From assembly GCA_045534955.1 (NCBI GenBank), contig JAZSKR010000020.1, forward strand, positions 466,013 through 530,012: DNA of 64,000 nucleotides, given 5' to 3'. Under the pieces are notes generated by a model. That model had not been told where the DNA came from. It did not search any database and saw only the letters and a program-made list of their open reading frames with translations. Shown one piece after another: positions 18,425 to 28,218 of this stretch. The stretch's first letter is position 1. Every line of letters starts with the position of its first letter. A program made the position numbers and the translations under genes. Origin of the DNA: Bacteroidaceae bacterium (GTDB lineage Bacteria; Bacteroidota; Bacteroidia; Bacteroidales; Bacteroidaceae).

Positions 18425-19252
18425 ATGATTACAATCAAGAAATTAGGATTCAGTTACGGCGACCATGTCGTACTGAAAGACATTTCGATGAATCTTGAGG
18501 AGGGCCGCATTTACGGACTCCTGGGAGAGAACGGAGTAGGTAAGACTACTCTGCTTACCTTGCTTGCAGGTCTTAAGAAGGTTGATGACGGAACTCTGGA
18601 GATTGACGGTCAGAAACCGTTCAACCGCGAACCTTCTTTCCTCTCAAACATCTATTATCTGCCCGATGAGGTTCCCGCACCGCGTCGCAAGGCAATAGAT
18701 TTTGCCATTGATCACGGACAGTACTGGAAAAACTTCAGTGCACAGAAGTTCTCTGAGATTATGACTGTGTTTGATAATGACCAGAACCAGCGTATGGATC
18801 ATATGTCATACGGTCAGTTAAAGAAGACATTCATCAGCTTTGCCCTTGCCTGCAACACCAAATACCTTTTCATGGATGAGCCCACAAACGGACTGGACAT
18901 CCCCTCAAAGGGTCAGTTCCGCAAGGCTGTTTCCAAGTACACGTCCGATGACTCCACACTGCTCATCTCAACCCACCAGGCACGTGACCTGGAGGCCATC
19001 ATCGATCCTATCATCATTCTGGACCGCAGGGATGTACTGCTCAACGCATCACTCGATGAAATCGCCCGTAAACTCTACTTTGACTACACATCGGAAGCTG
19101 ATCCCGCTGCCCTCTATCAGGAGATGGTTCCGGGAGGCAACATCCAGGTATTACGCAACACCACCGGTGCCGAGAGCAAAGTCAACATTGAGGCTCTGTT
19201 CAATGCTGTGCTGCTGCACAAGAATGAGATCAAGGAAATGTTCAACAAGTAA
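18425..19252 (+). CDS. ABC transporter ATP-binding protein
   Basis: Walker A GENGVGKTT, signature-like SYGQLKK and Walker B LFMDEPTNGLD. Confidence 0.85.
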   Translation: MITIKKLGFSYGDHVVLKDISMNLEEGRIYGLLGENGVGKTTLLTLLAGLKKVDDGTLEIDGQKPFNREPSFLSNIYYLPDEVPAPRRKAIDFAIDHGQYWKNFSAQKFSEIMTVFDNDQNQRMDHMSYGQLKKTFISFALACNTKYLFMDEPTNGLDIPSKGQFRKAVSKYTSDDSTLLISTHQARDLEAIIDPIIILDRRDVLLNASLDEIARKLYFDYTSEADPAALYQEMVPGGNIQVLRNTTGAESKVNIEALFNAVLLHKNEIKEMFNK

Positions 19253-19266
19253 AAGTGATTACGGCT

Positions 19267-20136
19267 ATGAATAATGATATTTTTAATATGAACCGTATGG
19301 GTCGTTATCTGGTGACCGATATCAAGAATGCAATTGCAAGATACGGTGTTTCATTCCTCGTAATGGCAACAGTCAGCCTTACATCATACCTGTTGGTAGG
19401 ATTCTTTACAATGATCGTAGGTGCAGGCTGGTATAGTCTGGATGTTCCACCCAGATCGGTGATTATGGGTATTACCCTGGTGGTGCTCACATTATCGGCT
19501 CCCGCCAAGATCTACGGTTTCATTACCGATAAGAAAGAGGGATCATCGTTCCTTATGGTTCCCGCCTCATCACTTGAGAAGACACTGTCAATGATAATTG
19601 TCTGTTGCGTGGTGGTTCCGTTTGCATTCTTTGCAGTTTACCTGTCATTGGATCAGATACTCTGCCTGATTGACAACCGCTGCGGTGACTCTCTCATAAT
19701 AGCAATCAACAATGGTCAGACTCTTTTGAACGAGCTTTTCAGTAAAGCCTCACTGGAGTCCAACAATTTTATTCCTGACTACTCAGCTTTCACCTCTCCC
19801 TGGCTGTATGCCGATGATCTGGCCGAAGGATTCCTTATCTTCCTGCTGGGTGCCCTGTTGTTCAAATCATCCAAACCGGCCAAGACCGTAGGTTGCCTGA
19901 TTCTTATCAGCATTGCTTTGAGTATGATTGCAACTCCCATTATTACTCACGGAGCAATGGAGAGATTCAAGGAGGCCGCTGCCAACAATGTTACTCCCGA
20001 GCAACTGTTCGAAATGTTCCCATTTATATCATGGAGCATAAAGCATGCTGTATTGATGGATTGTATCAGTGATACGATTGTCAATTTGGGACTTGCTGTA
20101 GGCATTTATTTCAGAGTCAGAAAGATCAAACATTAA
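19267..20136 (+). CDS. Polytopic membrane protein (probable permease partner of the ABC ATPase)
   Basis: About 6 hydrophobic segments and no recognisable motif. It lies immediately downstream of the ATPase. I prefer the ATG at 19267 to the GTG at 19255. Confidence 0.5.
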   Translation: MNNDIFNMNRMGRYLVTDIKNAIARYGVSFLVMATVSLTSYLLVGFFTMIVGAGWYSLDVPPRSVIMGITLVVLTLSAPAKIYGFITDKKEGSSFLMVPASSLEKTLSMIIVCCVVVPFAFFAVYLSLDQILCLIDNRCGDSLIIAINNGQTLLNELFSKASLESNNFIPDYSAFTSPWLYADDLAEGFLIFLLGALLFKSSKPAKTVGCLILISIALSMIATPIITHGAMERFKEAAANNVTPEQLFEMFPFISWSIKHAVLMDCISDTIVNLGLAVGIYFRVRKIKH

Positions 20137-20150
20137 AAAAGGACTGTCTT

Positions 20151-20489
20151 ATGGAATTCAATCAGAACAAACCGATATACCTTCAGATAGCCGATGGAAT
20201 CAGTGAAAAGATTCTGAGCGGCGAGCTTAAGGAGGGTGACAGGATACTGTCAGTGCGTGAACTGGGCGGCGAACTTGGTGTGAATCCCAACACAGCCATG
20301 CGCAGTTATGAGAAACTCACAATGGACGGCATCATCTACAACCAGCGTGGCATAGGCTATTTTGTGGCGGAGGGCGCAAAAGCCATCGCGCTTGATAAGA
20401 TGCGTACCGATTTCATAGAAAATGAGGTCCCCCTGATAAAACGCAAGATGGAGCTACTTGAGCTCAAGGCATCGGACCTGGGGCTTTAA
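20151..20489 (+). CDS. GntR-family (YtrA-like, short) transcriptional regulator
   Basis: 112 aa. The winged-HTH LSVRELGGELGVNPNTAMRSYEKLTMDGIIYNQRGIGYFV is typical of the GntR N-domain. The short C-terminus points to the YtrA subfamily. Confidence 0.8.
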   Translation: MEFNQNKPIYLQIADGISEKILSGELKEGDRILSVRELGGELGVNPNTAMRSYEKLTMDGIIYNQRGIGYFVAEGAKAIALDKMRTDFIENEVPLIKRKMELLELKASDLGL

Positions 20490-20492
20490 ACA

Positions 20493-20526
20493 AAAATCGG
20501 AGGCAGAGATACTGCTTCCGATTTTT
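20493..20526 (+). terminator. Intrinsic terminator after the GntR gene
   Basis: AAAATCGGAGGCAG-agata-CTGCTTCCGATTTTT: a stem of 10 or more bp (one G-U pair) followed by a T-run. Confidence 0.6.
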
Positions 20527-20564
20527 AATTTGTATCTTCGTAAACAGAACAAAACAATCTCAAT

Positions 20565-22733
20565 ATGGGAAGATCATATAAAGGAGGTGTCCGCCTTAAC
20601 CGCAGGACAATGACAGACCTTGTTACTGACTGGTTCCGTGACAATCAGGACAGCAGTATAAGTGTAAAACGTCTTTACGATGAGCTTAAACTCAAGACTC
20701 ATCCCATGCGCAGCATGTGCCTGGATATAGTTTTGGATCTTGTTGAGGACGGTTTCCTCAAGCAGAAGGACAATCAGTTCAGCCTGATGCAGAAGAGTAA
20801 GTATGTGGAAGGCGTACTGCAGCGCCGTGTAGGCGGCAAGAACTTCCTTGTACCCGATGACGGCAGCGATCCCATATTCGTGGCAGAGCGCAACTCGGCC
20901 GGTGCCGTAAACGGTGACCGCGTAAAGATAGTGCTCTTTGCCCGTCGCCCCCATGCCGGACTTGAGGGTGAGGTGACCGAGATTCTCAAGCGCGCCAAGG
21001 ATACATTTGTTGGTACGCTTCAGGTAAAGGGTAAGTTCGCCTACCTGGTAACTCCCGATAAATCGGACCGCGACATATTCATTCCCATATCCAACCTCAA
21101 GAAAGGCCGTGACGGTGAGAAAGCGGTTGTAAAGGTAGTGGAATGGCCCGATACCCCTGACCGCAATCCCGTTGGAAAGGTGATAGATATCCTGGGTGCC
21201 GCCGGTGAGAACAATACCGAGATGCACGCCATCCTGGCCGAGTACGGACTGCCATACAGTTATCCCGAGAATGTGGAGAGGGCAGCCGATGATATATCGG
21301 CCGATATAACCGATGCAGCCCTGGCAGGCCGTGAGGATTTCCGCTCTGTGACAACCTTCACCATTGACCCCCATGATGCCAAGGACTTTGATGATGCGCT
21401 CTCCATACGACCCATCAAGAAGGGACTCTGGGAGGTAGGCGTGCATATTGCCGATGTAAGTTATTACGTCCAGGAGGGCGGAATAATTGATAAGGAGGCT
21501 TACAAGCGTGCCACATCGGTCTATCTGGTGGACCGCACCATACCCATGCTCCCTGAGAAACTCTGCAACAACCTGTGCTCCCTGCGTCAGGATGAGGATA
21601 AACTCACATACTCCGTTATTCTTGAAATGACCGATGCAGGCGTGGTAAAGCGCTCCCGCATAGCACGTACCGTTATCCGCAGCAACCGCCGTTTTGCCTA
21701 TGAGGAGGTTCAGGCAATCATTGAGCGTGAGCAGCAGGGCGGCAAAGAGGCTCTGCCGGGCGATGAGTTCAAGACAGAGATAATGACCCTGGACAGTCTT
21801 GCCAAGATACTGCGTGCAAAACGTTTTGCAGACGGTGCCCTGAGTTTTGACCGTGTAGAGGTCCGTTTTGACATAGACGAGACAGGACATCCGGTAAGCG
21901 TATTTTTCAAGGAGTCCAAGGATGCCAACCAACTGGTCGAGGAGTTCATGCTGCTGGCCAACCGCACCGTTGCCGAATTCATCGGTAAAGTCAAGGGCGG
22001 CAATCCCAAGACATTCGTCTACCGCGTTCACGATGAGCCCGATCCCGAGCGCATGGAGAACCTGCAGAACTTTGTGGCCAAGTTCGGTTATAAACTCAAG
22101 ACCAACGGTGATCCCGCCGAGATGGCCAAGTCCATGAATAAGATGCTCGCCGAGGTAAAGGGCAAGAAAGAGCAGGAACTCATTGAGACCATCTCCATCC
22201 GTTCCATGCAGAAGGCCTGCTATACGACTGAGAACATCGGCCACTACGGTCTGGCATTCAAGTTCTACACACACTTTACATCGCCCATACGCCGTTACCC
22301 CGACCTTATGGTACACCGCCTGCTCACCCGTTACATAGGTGGCGGCCGCAGCGTCAACCAGGGCAAGTATGAGGAGTACTGCGAGCATTGCTCGGCACAG
22401 GAGCAACTGGCCGAGCAGGCAGAACGCTCCAGCATCAAGTACAAGCAGGTTGAGTACATGTCGGACCGCATGGGACAGGTATTTGATGCCGTGATAAGCG
22501 GTGTTACAGAGTGGGGAATCTACGCTGAAATCATTGAAAACAAGTGTGAGGGCATGATTCCCATCCGTTCGCTTGGCGGTGACTACTTTGAGTTTGACGA
22601 GAAGAACTACTGCCTTATAGGTCAGCGCACCCGCAAGCGTTACCGCCTTGGTGACCATGTCAAGGTTAAGGTGGTTCGCTGCAACCTTGAAAAGAAGCAG
22701 ATGGATTATGAACTGGTTTCGACTGAGGAGTAA
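20565..22733 (+). CDS. rnr: Ribonuclease R
   Basis: 722 aa. RNB-domain motifs DPHDAKDFDDALS and YLVDRTIPMLPE, HYGLAFKFYTHFTSPIRRYPDL, and a C-terminal S1 domain. Confidence 0.9.
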   Translation: MGRSYKGGVRLNRRTMTDLVTDWFRDNQDSSISVKRLYDELKLKTHPMRSMCLDIVLDLVEDGFLKQKDNQFSLMQKSKYVEGVLQRRVGGKNFLVPDDGSDPIFVAERNSAGAVNGDRVKIVLFARRPHAGLEGEVTEILKRAKDTFVGTLQVKGKFAYLVTPDKSDRDIFIPISNLKKGRDGEKAVVKVVEWPDTPDRNPVGKVIDILGAAGENNTEMHAILAEYGLPYSYPENVERAADDISADITDAALAGREDFRSVTTFTIDPHDAKDFDDALSIRPIKKGLWEVGVHIADVSYYVQEGGIIDKEAYKRATSVYLVDRTIPMLPEKLCNNLCSLRQDEDKLTYSVILEMTDAGVVKRSRIARTVIRSNRRFAYEEVQAIIEREQQGGKEALPGDEFKTEIMTLDSLAKILRAKRFADGALSFDRVEVRFDIDETGHPVSVFFKESKDANQLVEEFMLLANRTVAEFIGKVKGGNPKTFVYRVHDEPDPERMENLQNFVAKFGYKLKTNGDPAEMAKSMNKMLAEVKGKKEQELIETISIRSMQKACYTTENIGHYGLAFKFYTHFTSPIRRYPDLMVHRLLTRYIGGGRSVNQGKYEEYCEHCSAQEQLAEQAERSSIKYKQVEYMSDRMGQVFDAVISGVTEWGIYAEIIENKCEGMIPIRSLGGDYFEFDEKNYCLIGQRTRKRYRLGDHVKVKVVRCNLEKKQMDYELVSTEE

Positions 22734-23928
22734 GATTACGTTGGCGTTGGCGCTGGCATTGGTCTGTGGAGCAAGCGCACAGGACCGCACGCTCAGGGTA
22801 AACTACACATTTTCAGGCAACAGCCGTGAGAGCCGCATCTATCTGGACGACTTGAACGTCATTGACGGTTGGGCGGGCCGCCGCGTCAATATGAAAGATT
22901 TGTATCTGGAGGGAAACGGCCAGATAACCATGACCGATGAGGCCACGGGTGATACACTTTACCGCAACGCCTTTTCCACACTCTTCCAGGAGTGGCAGAA
23001 TACAGAGGAGGCCACAAAAGTGGACCGCAGTTTTGAGAACGTTTACCTTTTGCCCATGCCGGAGCGCAAGGCAGTGGTTGAGGTAAAACTTACTGATAAC
23101 TACAACAAGGTGGTTGCAAGCCTGCGTCATACGGTGGATCCCGAGGATATCCTTATCCGTAAGATCGGCCAGAATCCGCCCAAGTGGAAGTACCTGTATC
23201 AGGGCGGCAGTACGGAGCAGTGTATTGACGTGGTGATTGTCCCCGAGGGCTATACCGCCGATGAAATGGACCTTTTTTACAAGGATGCCGGCATTGCGGT
23301 AAACAGTCTGCTGTCACATGAGCCGTTCAAGACCATGCAGGAGAGGTTCAACATAATCGCTGTAGAACTGGCTTCAAAAGACGGCGAGGTTAGTGTCCCG
23401 TTGCAGGGCCTCTGGACAGAGACAGCTTTGAGTTCACATTTCAGCACTTTCTATACTGACCGTTACCTGACCACCCTGCGTCTGCGTCAACTGCACGATA
23501 AACTGGCAGGTGTTCCCTATGAACATATCATAATCCTGGCCAACACCGATGTTTACGGCGGAGGCGGTATATTCAACTCATATACTCTCACTACCGCCCA
23601 TCACGCCCAGTTCGCACCGGTAGTGGTACACGAATTCGGTCACAGCTTCGGGGGACTGGCCGACGAGTACTTCTACGATGACCAGTACGAGCAGTACTAC
23701 AACTCAGAGACTGAGCCATGGGAGCCCAACATCACTACAAAGGTTGACTTTGACAGTAAATGGAAGGATATGCCTGATGCAGGTCTTTATGAGGGCGGAG
23801 GTTATATGTCAAAAGGCGTATGGAGAGGGGCTTTTGACTGCCGCATGAAGACAAACCAATACCCGGAGTTCTGTCCGGTATGCCGCCGGTCACTGGAACG
23901 TATTATCCGTTTTTACACTGAAGAATAG
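22708..23928 (+). CDS. M64-family (IgA-peptidase-like) zinc metallopeptidase, secreted
   Basis: HEFGHSFGGLADEY zinc motif. The signal peptide MNWFRLRSKITLALALALVCGASAQ starts from the ATG at 22708, which overlaps the rnr 3' end by 26 nt. Confidence 0.8.
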   Translation: MNWFRLRSKITLALALALVCGASAQDRTLRVNYTFSGNSRESRIYLDDLNVIDGWAGRRVNMKDLYLEGNGQITMTDEATGDTLYRNAFSTLFQEWQNTEEATKVDRSFENVYLLPMPERKAVVEVKLTDNYNKVVASLRHTVDPEDILIRKIGQNPPKWKYLYQGGSTEQCIDVVIVPEGYTADEMDLFYKDAGIAVNSLLSHEPFKTMQERFNIIAVELASKDGEVSVPLQGLWTETALSSHFSTFYTDRYLTTLRLRQLHDKLAGVPYEHIIILANTDVYGGGGIFNSYTLTTAHHAQFAPVVVHEFGHSFGGLADEYFYDDQYEQYYNSETEPWEPNITTKVDFDSKWKDMPDAGLYEGGGYMSKGVWRGAFDCRMKTNQYPEFCPVCRRSLERIIRFYTEE

Positions 23929-25027
23929 CCTGGGTCATCTTGCTCCAGGAGTATTTGGCTTTCTCTTCCTGAACGCCCTGGGCAAACTGTTCTTGGCGAT
24001 TGTTGCTGAAGAAATCCACCAATCCATCGGCTATCCGGGCGGGATCGGGGTCAACCACATAACCTGCCTTACCGTCGGGAACTATCTCTGCCAGTCCGCC
24101 TACGTTGGTTACCAGCATGGGTTTTCCAAAGTGGTATGCTATCTGTGATACACCGCTCTGGGTAGCGGTCTTGTAAGGTTGTGCTATGATATCGGCCGCA
24201 CCAAAGCAGTATCGTACCTCATCACTTGGAACGAACTCGTTCTTCCAGACAATGAGTCCCTCCAGTCCCAACTCTTTCTCCAGCTCAAAGTATTTGTCCG
24301 AACTGCCGTAGAACTCACCGGCCACAAGCAGACGTACGTTAAGGTCACGCAGACGGCTGTCGGCGTATGCCCTGAGCAGCAGGTCCAGACCTTTGTAGTC
24401 ACGTATCAGACCAAAGAACAGTATGTAACGGTATGCGGGATCCAGCCCCAGATGCTCAAGTGACTCCTCTCTTGTGGCAAGTTCGCCAAAGTGGTCATAA
24501 AGCGGGTGTGGGCTGAAAGTACGCGGTTTCTTTGTGTCAAACAGGTTTATATCATCCCTGACAGACTCTGACAGAGCCACGAATCCGTCAACAGACCGGA
24601 TGAAATAGCGTGACAGGATTCTGTCACCGGGCTTGTGCTCGTGGGGTATGAGGTTATGAAGTATTGCAACTCTGCGGGCGCCGCACTTACGGGCCATGCG
24701 TGATACGAAACCGGTTGAAGGTCCCATGAAAGGCATCCAGAAGGGTACAATCAGCAGATCCGGTTTTTCACGTCTGATCTGACGGCCCACCTTAATCCAG
24801 TTAAAGGGATTGACCGAGTTGAGCCTCCTTACAATGTCCAGTCCCTGAGGCTGCGGGTCTGGGGAGTACTGGGTCTTGCCGGGGAAAAGGAATGACGGGT
24901 ATTGGAGGGTGAAAGTGTATATCTTCACTTCATTACCCTCTTTTATGAATTCCTGCGCCAGCCGGTTGTTGAAATCGGCTATCCCTCCGCGATAAGGCCA
25001 GGCGGTTCCCAGAATGACTATCTTCAT
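23903..25027 (-). CDS. Glycosyltransferase family 4 (GT-B)
   Basis: 374 aa. N-terminus MKIVILGTAWPYRGGI and a C-terminal E-x7-E-like region (GEFYGS...PYKTATQSGV). Confidence 0.8.
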   Translation of the reverse strand: MKIVILGTAWPYRGGIADFNNRLAQEFIKEGNEVKIYTFTLQYPSFLFPGKTQYSPDPQPQGLDIVRRLNSVNPFNWIKVGRQIRREKPDLLIVPFWMPFMGPSTGFVSRMARKCGARRVAILHNLIPHEHKPGDRILSRYFIRSVDGFVALSESVRDDINLFDTKKPRTFSPHPLYDHFGELATREESLEHLGLDPAYRYILFFGLIRDYKGLDLLLRAYADSRLRDLNVRLLVAGEFYGSSDKYFELEKELGLEGLIVWKNEFVPSDEVRYCFGAADIIAQPYKTATQSGVSQIAYHFGKPMLVTNVGGLAEIVPDGKAGYVVDPDPARIADGLVDFFSNNRQEQFAQGVQEEKAKYSWSKMTQAILQCKNG

Positions 25028-27474
25028 GACTCAGAGTCCTTTTTACTTGCAAAGTGCCATACGGGCAGTCCCAATGTAAGTAAGATGACAAGTATCACAA
25101 AAGCCATGCACAACTTGTCGGTTTTGAGTGCATCGGGCACGAATTCCATCTTAACCGTGTGTGTTCCTGCCGGAATCACAGCGGCACGCAGGACGTAGTT
25201 TACACGTCCCAACTCATGCTCTTTTCCGTCGATATACAGATGCCATTCCTTGGGGTAGTATATTTCGGAGAAAACTGCAATCTTGTCTTTGGTGGAACTT
25301 GTGGTATATTCCAGACGGTCCGGAACGTATTTGTCAAGTCTGATGAATGCTTCGGGATCATCTTGGGTAACCTCCAGGTTGAGAACCTCGGCAAAACTGC
25401 GGTCGGCAACAGCCGTTGTCTTTACATCAATCCGATTCAGAGCCTCACTCTCACTTAAGGGTGTATCCACATAAAGCAGGGTGTCAACGAACCAGGCGTT
25501 ACCTAGTGCACCTGGATTCCTCATAATCTGGCCTCTTTCAGTGATGATGTATTTTGTGTTCAGCATATTGAGGACAGACATGTTGCTTTTTGAGATATGG
25601 GCTTCAATCAGGTCCTGATAGCGGCGCATCTTGGCAGCGGAGTAGCCGCCAATGGATTTGAGCCTGTAAGATGTTCTGGCATCATTGAAAGTCTGGGTTG
25701 ACAGATTGAGCACACGATAATCCAGTGACTTATCCTGCAGAATGGCTTTCTCCCAATCCTGCATGGCAAATATCTGCGCGTTCTCTTTTGTAGTGATGAA
25801 GTTCTGTTTGCCAAAGAATTTCTTGTCAATAGGAACCATGTCAATCAGAATGAGAGCAGTCAATGAAGCCGCAAACAGAACTGTGCTGTTCTTCTTTTCC
25901 TTCATGATTGAGTAGGCAAAGGTAACGGCCGCTCCCAGAAGTACGAACACAAGACTGCGCAGGGCCGATGAGGATATCAGTGCCTGTCTCTGATGTAGAA
26001 TGGCATTGTAAATGGGTTCGTCAATCTGATCCCTGAATCTTACGTCATAGGATGATACGGTATCGGTGAAACCGGCCGAAACTGCCACCAGCAGACATAT
26101 CGCGGCCGTGACGGCTCCGGCTGTAAGTATGGCTTTTCTGTTGGCGGCCTTGTCATCGGACTGAACCAGATGCCTGATTGCCAGGAATCCCAGCAGGGGC
26201 ATTGTTATTTCGGCCACAACCAGTATGGATTCTACCGTACGGAACTTGTTATACATGGGGAAATACTCAAAGAACAGTCTTGAGAACCATTCAAAGTTGT
26301 GTCCCCAGGCAAGCAGTATTGAGAAACATGTTGCGGCAAGCAGAGACCATTTGTAGGCTCCCCTTACAACTATCAGTCCAAGTATAAACAGGAAACAGAT
26401 AACTGCTCCCACATAGACGGGACCGCTGGTGAATGCCTTTTCTCCCCAGTAGACAGGTGAACTGGAGCTGATACTGCGGGCACTGCTTGCAGGTACTCCC
26501 ATGCTCTTGAGCTCCTTCTCCAGTTTGGAATTCTTTCCCAGGTCATAACCGCTGGCTCCTCCCATATACTCGGGAACAAGCAGGGTAAAGGTTTCGGCCT
26601 TTCCGTATGACCACGCCGTAGCGTAATCAAAATCCAGACCTACCAGTTTATCCTGGCCGTCATCTACGGCATTGTCCGATACCAGTTCGCTGTGTCCGCC
26701 GCGCATGGTCTCCTTAAGGTAACTGCGGTTCATCTGGAACCAGCTGATTTTGGTACTGAACACCAAGAGCAGTGACAGGATGAATATTCCGGTAGCCTTT
26801 CCGAACTCCTTCCAGGTCCTGGCCTTGGCGTGAACAAAGATTTCGCCTATAAAGAGCACTCCCAAGAGCATGAAAGCGTAATATGTCATCTGAGAGTGGA
26901 GCGTGAGTCCAATCGTTCCGTAGAACAGCGTGATGGGAACACCTAGCCAGAACCTGCTCCGGTAAATTGCATAGAATCCGCCTATCATTGGCGCCAGACA
27001 GCATATGGCATTGGCCTTGGTTATATGTCCTGCAGGTATGATTAGCAGGAAATATGACGACAGCGTGAGCGCAATGGCGCCTGCAATGCTCATCCACGGA
27101 TCAACATCAAAGCACATCAGCATAATGAAGAAACCTATCAGATATGCCACGAGTATGCCTACGGGTTCTTTGCTGCCCTTCAGCCATAGATGTGAGGCCC
27201 GCTCAAGTTTTGCCCTCAGTTTGTTTGCAGGAGTCTGGCCGCTTATCTGATATGACGGCATTCCGCCGAACATGGAGTTGGTCCACCACATCTGTCTCCC
27301 TTCGGATTTAGTGTATTCGCGGATTTCATTTGATGATCCCAGATAGTTGGTGGTATCACCAGCCTGCAGCACTTTGCCGTCAAGGACAGGTGAGCAGTAA
27401 ATGAATCCGAAAGCAATGAACGCTATCAATGCAACTATGAAAGGGGTAAGTCTCTTGAGGTTAGGTTTTTTCAT
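25024..27474 (-). CDS. YfhO-family polytopic membrane protein (GT-C-like glycosyltransferase)
   Basis: 816 aa. The N-terminal half has more than 10 TM segments, followed by a C-terminal extracytoplasmic domain. The N-terminus (LDGKVLQAGDTTNYLGSSNEIREY...WWTNSMFGGMPSYQI) is YfhO-like. There is a 4-nt overlap with the GT4 start. Confidence 0.8.
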   Translation of the reverse strand: MKKPNLKRLTPFIVALIAFIAFGFIYCSPVLDGKVLQAGDTTNYLGSSNEIREYTKSEGRQMWWTNSMFGGMPSYQISGQTPANKLRAKLERASHLWLKGSKEPVGILVAYLIGFFIMLMCFDVDPWMSIAGAIALTLSSYFLLIIPAGHITKANAICCLAPMIGGFYAIYRSRFWLGVPITLFYGTIGLTLHSQMTYYAFMLLGVLFIGEIFVHAKARTWKEFGKATGIFILSLLLVFSTKISWFQMNRSYLKETMRGGHSELVSDNAVDDGQDKLVGLDFDYATAWSYGKAETFTLLVPEYMGGASGYDLGKNSKLEKELKSMGVPASSARSISSSSPVYWGEKAFTSGPVYVGAVICFLFILGLIVVRGAYKWSLLAATCFSILLAWGHNFEWFSRLFFEYFPMYNKFRTVESILVVAEITMPLLGFLAIRHLVQSDDKAANRKAILTAGAVTAAICLLVAVSAGFTDTVSSYDVRFRDQIDEPIYNAILHQRQALISSSALRSLVFVLLGAAVTFAYSIMKEKKNSTVLFAASLTALILIDMVPIDKKFFGKQNFITTKENAQIFAMQDWEKAILQDKSLDYRVLNLSTQTFNDARTSYRLKSIGGYSAAKMRRYQDLIEAHISKSNMSVLNMLNTKYIITERGQIMRNPGALGNAWFVDTLLYVDTPLSESEALNRIDVKTTAVADRSFAEVLNLEVTQDDPEAFIRLDKYVPDRLEYTTSSTKDKIAVFSEIYYPKEWHLYIDGKEHELGRVNYVLRAAVIPAGTHTVKMEFVPDALKTDKLCMAFVILVILLTLGLPVWHFASKKDSES

Positions 27475-27515
27475 AAAGGGTTATTTCTTATATGAACGCA
27501 AACATACTAAAAAAA

Positions 27516-28208
27516 TCAATTGAGAAGGAACTCCAGCAGCGGCAGGTCATCGGCATAAGTCAGTTTGATGTTGCGTTCGCTGCCGCGTACAATCCCCACT
27601 TTCTCATGGGGCAGATATCGCAATACCGTGCCGCAGTCATCGGTGGCCGTAAAGCCAGAGTCCATGAGTGCAATTTCATATGCCTTGGCGATGGTTTTCT
27701 GGCGGAATCCCTGCGGAGTCTGCATGCGCCACAGCAGGTTGCGGTTCTGGACGGATTCCATTACCGTGCCTGCCGCATCACACTGAACGATGGTGTCCAC
27801 TGCGGGTATGGCCACATCGACCGCATTGAAGGTCTCCATGGCCTTGAGTGTGTCCGATATTATCCTGGCCGATACCAACGGGCGGGCGGCATCGTGAAAC
27901 AGCATGACCGTATCCGGTTTGTCGCTGAAATGGCGTACGGCTGCCAGGCTGGAGTCAAAACGCTCCTTTCCACCGGGTAATACGGCTGTGACCTTGGTCC
28001 AGTAATTGGTTTTTACCATATCCTGAACCTTGGGGATGAATTCAGTTGAAGTGACAATGACCACCTGACCTATTCCAGGGTGGTCGTTGAAAGTCTGTAC
28101 GGAGTGCTCTAAAACAGTTTTTCCACCCAAAAGCAGGAACTGCTTGGGGGTGGAAAGACCGGTTCTTGAACCGGAGCCTGCTGCCAGTATTACAGCTACG
28201 GTCTCCAT
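27516..28208 (-). CDS. ispD: 2-C-methyl-D-erythritol 4-phosphate cytidylyltransferase
   Basis: 230 aa. AAGSGSRTGLSTPKQF, HDAARP, QTPQGF and TDDCG canonical IspD motifs. Confidence 0.8.
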   Translation of the reverse strand: METVAVILAAGSGSRTGLSTPKQFLLLGGKTVLEHSVQTFNDHPGIGQVVIVTSTEFIPKVQDMVKTNYWTKVTAVLPGGKERFDSSLAAVRHFSDKPDTVMLFHDAARPLVSARIISDTLKAMETFNAVDVAIPAVDTIVQCDAAGTVMESVQNRNLLWRMQTPQGFRQKTIAKAYEIALMDSGFTATDDCGTVLRYLPHEKVGIVRGSERNIKLTYADDLPLLEFLLN

Positions 28209-28218
28209 AACAGTATCT

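Noticed and set aside
20574-22790. 738-aa ORF antisense to rnr, longer than rnr itself
   Set aside because: It is exactly codon-aligned with rnr on the opposite strand, so it is only interrupted by sense TTA/CTA/TCA codons, which rnr avoids. The peptide is low-complexity (Leu/Val/Gly/Ala/His-rich) with no motifs, whereas rnr has unambiguous RNase R motifs. This is a shadow ORF.
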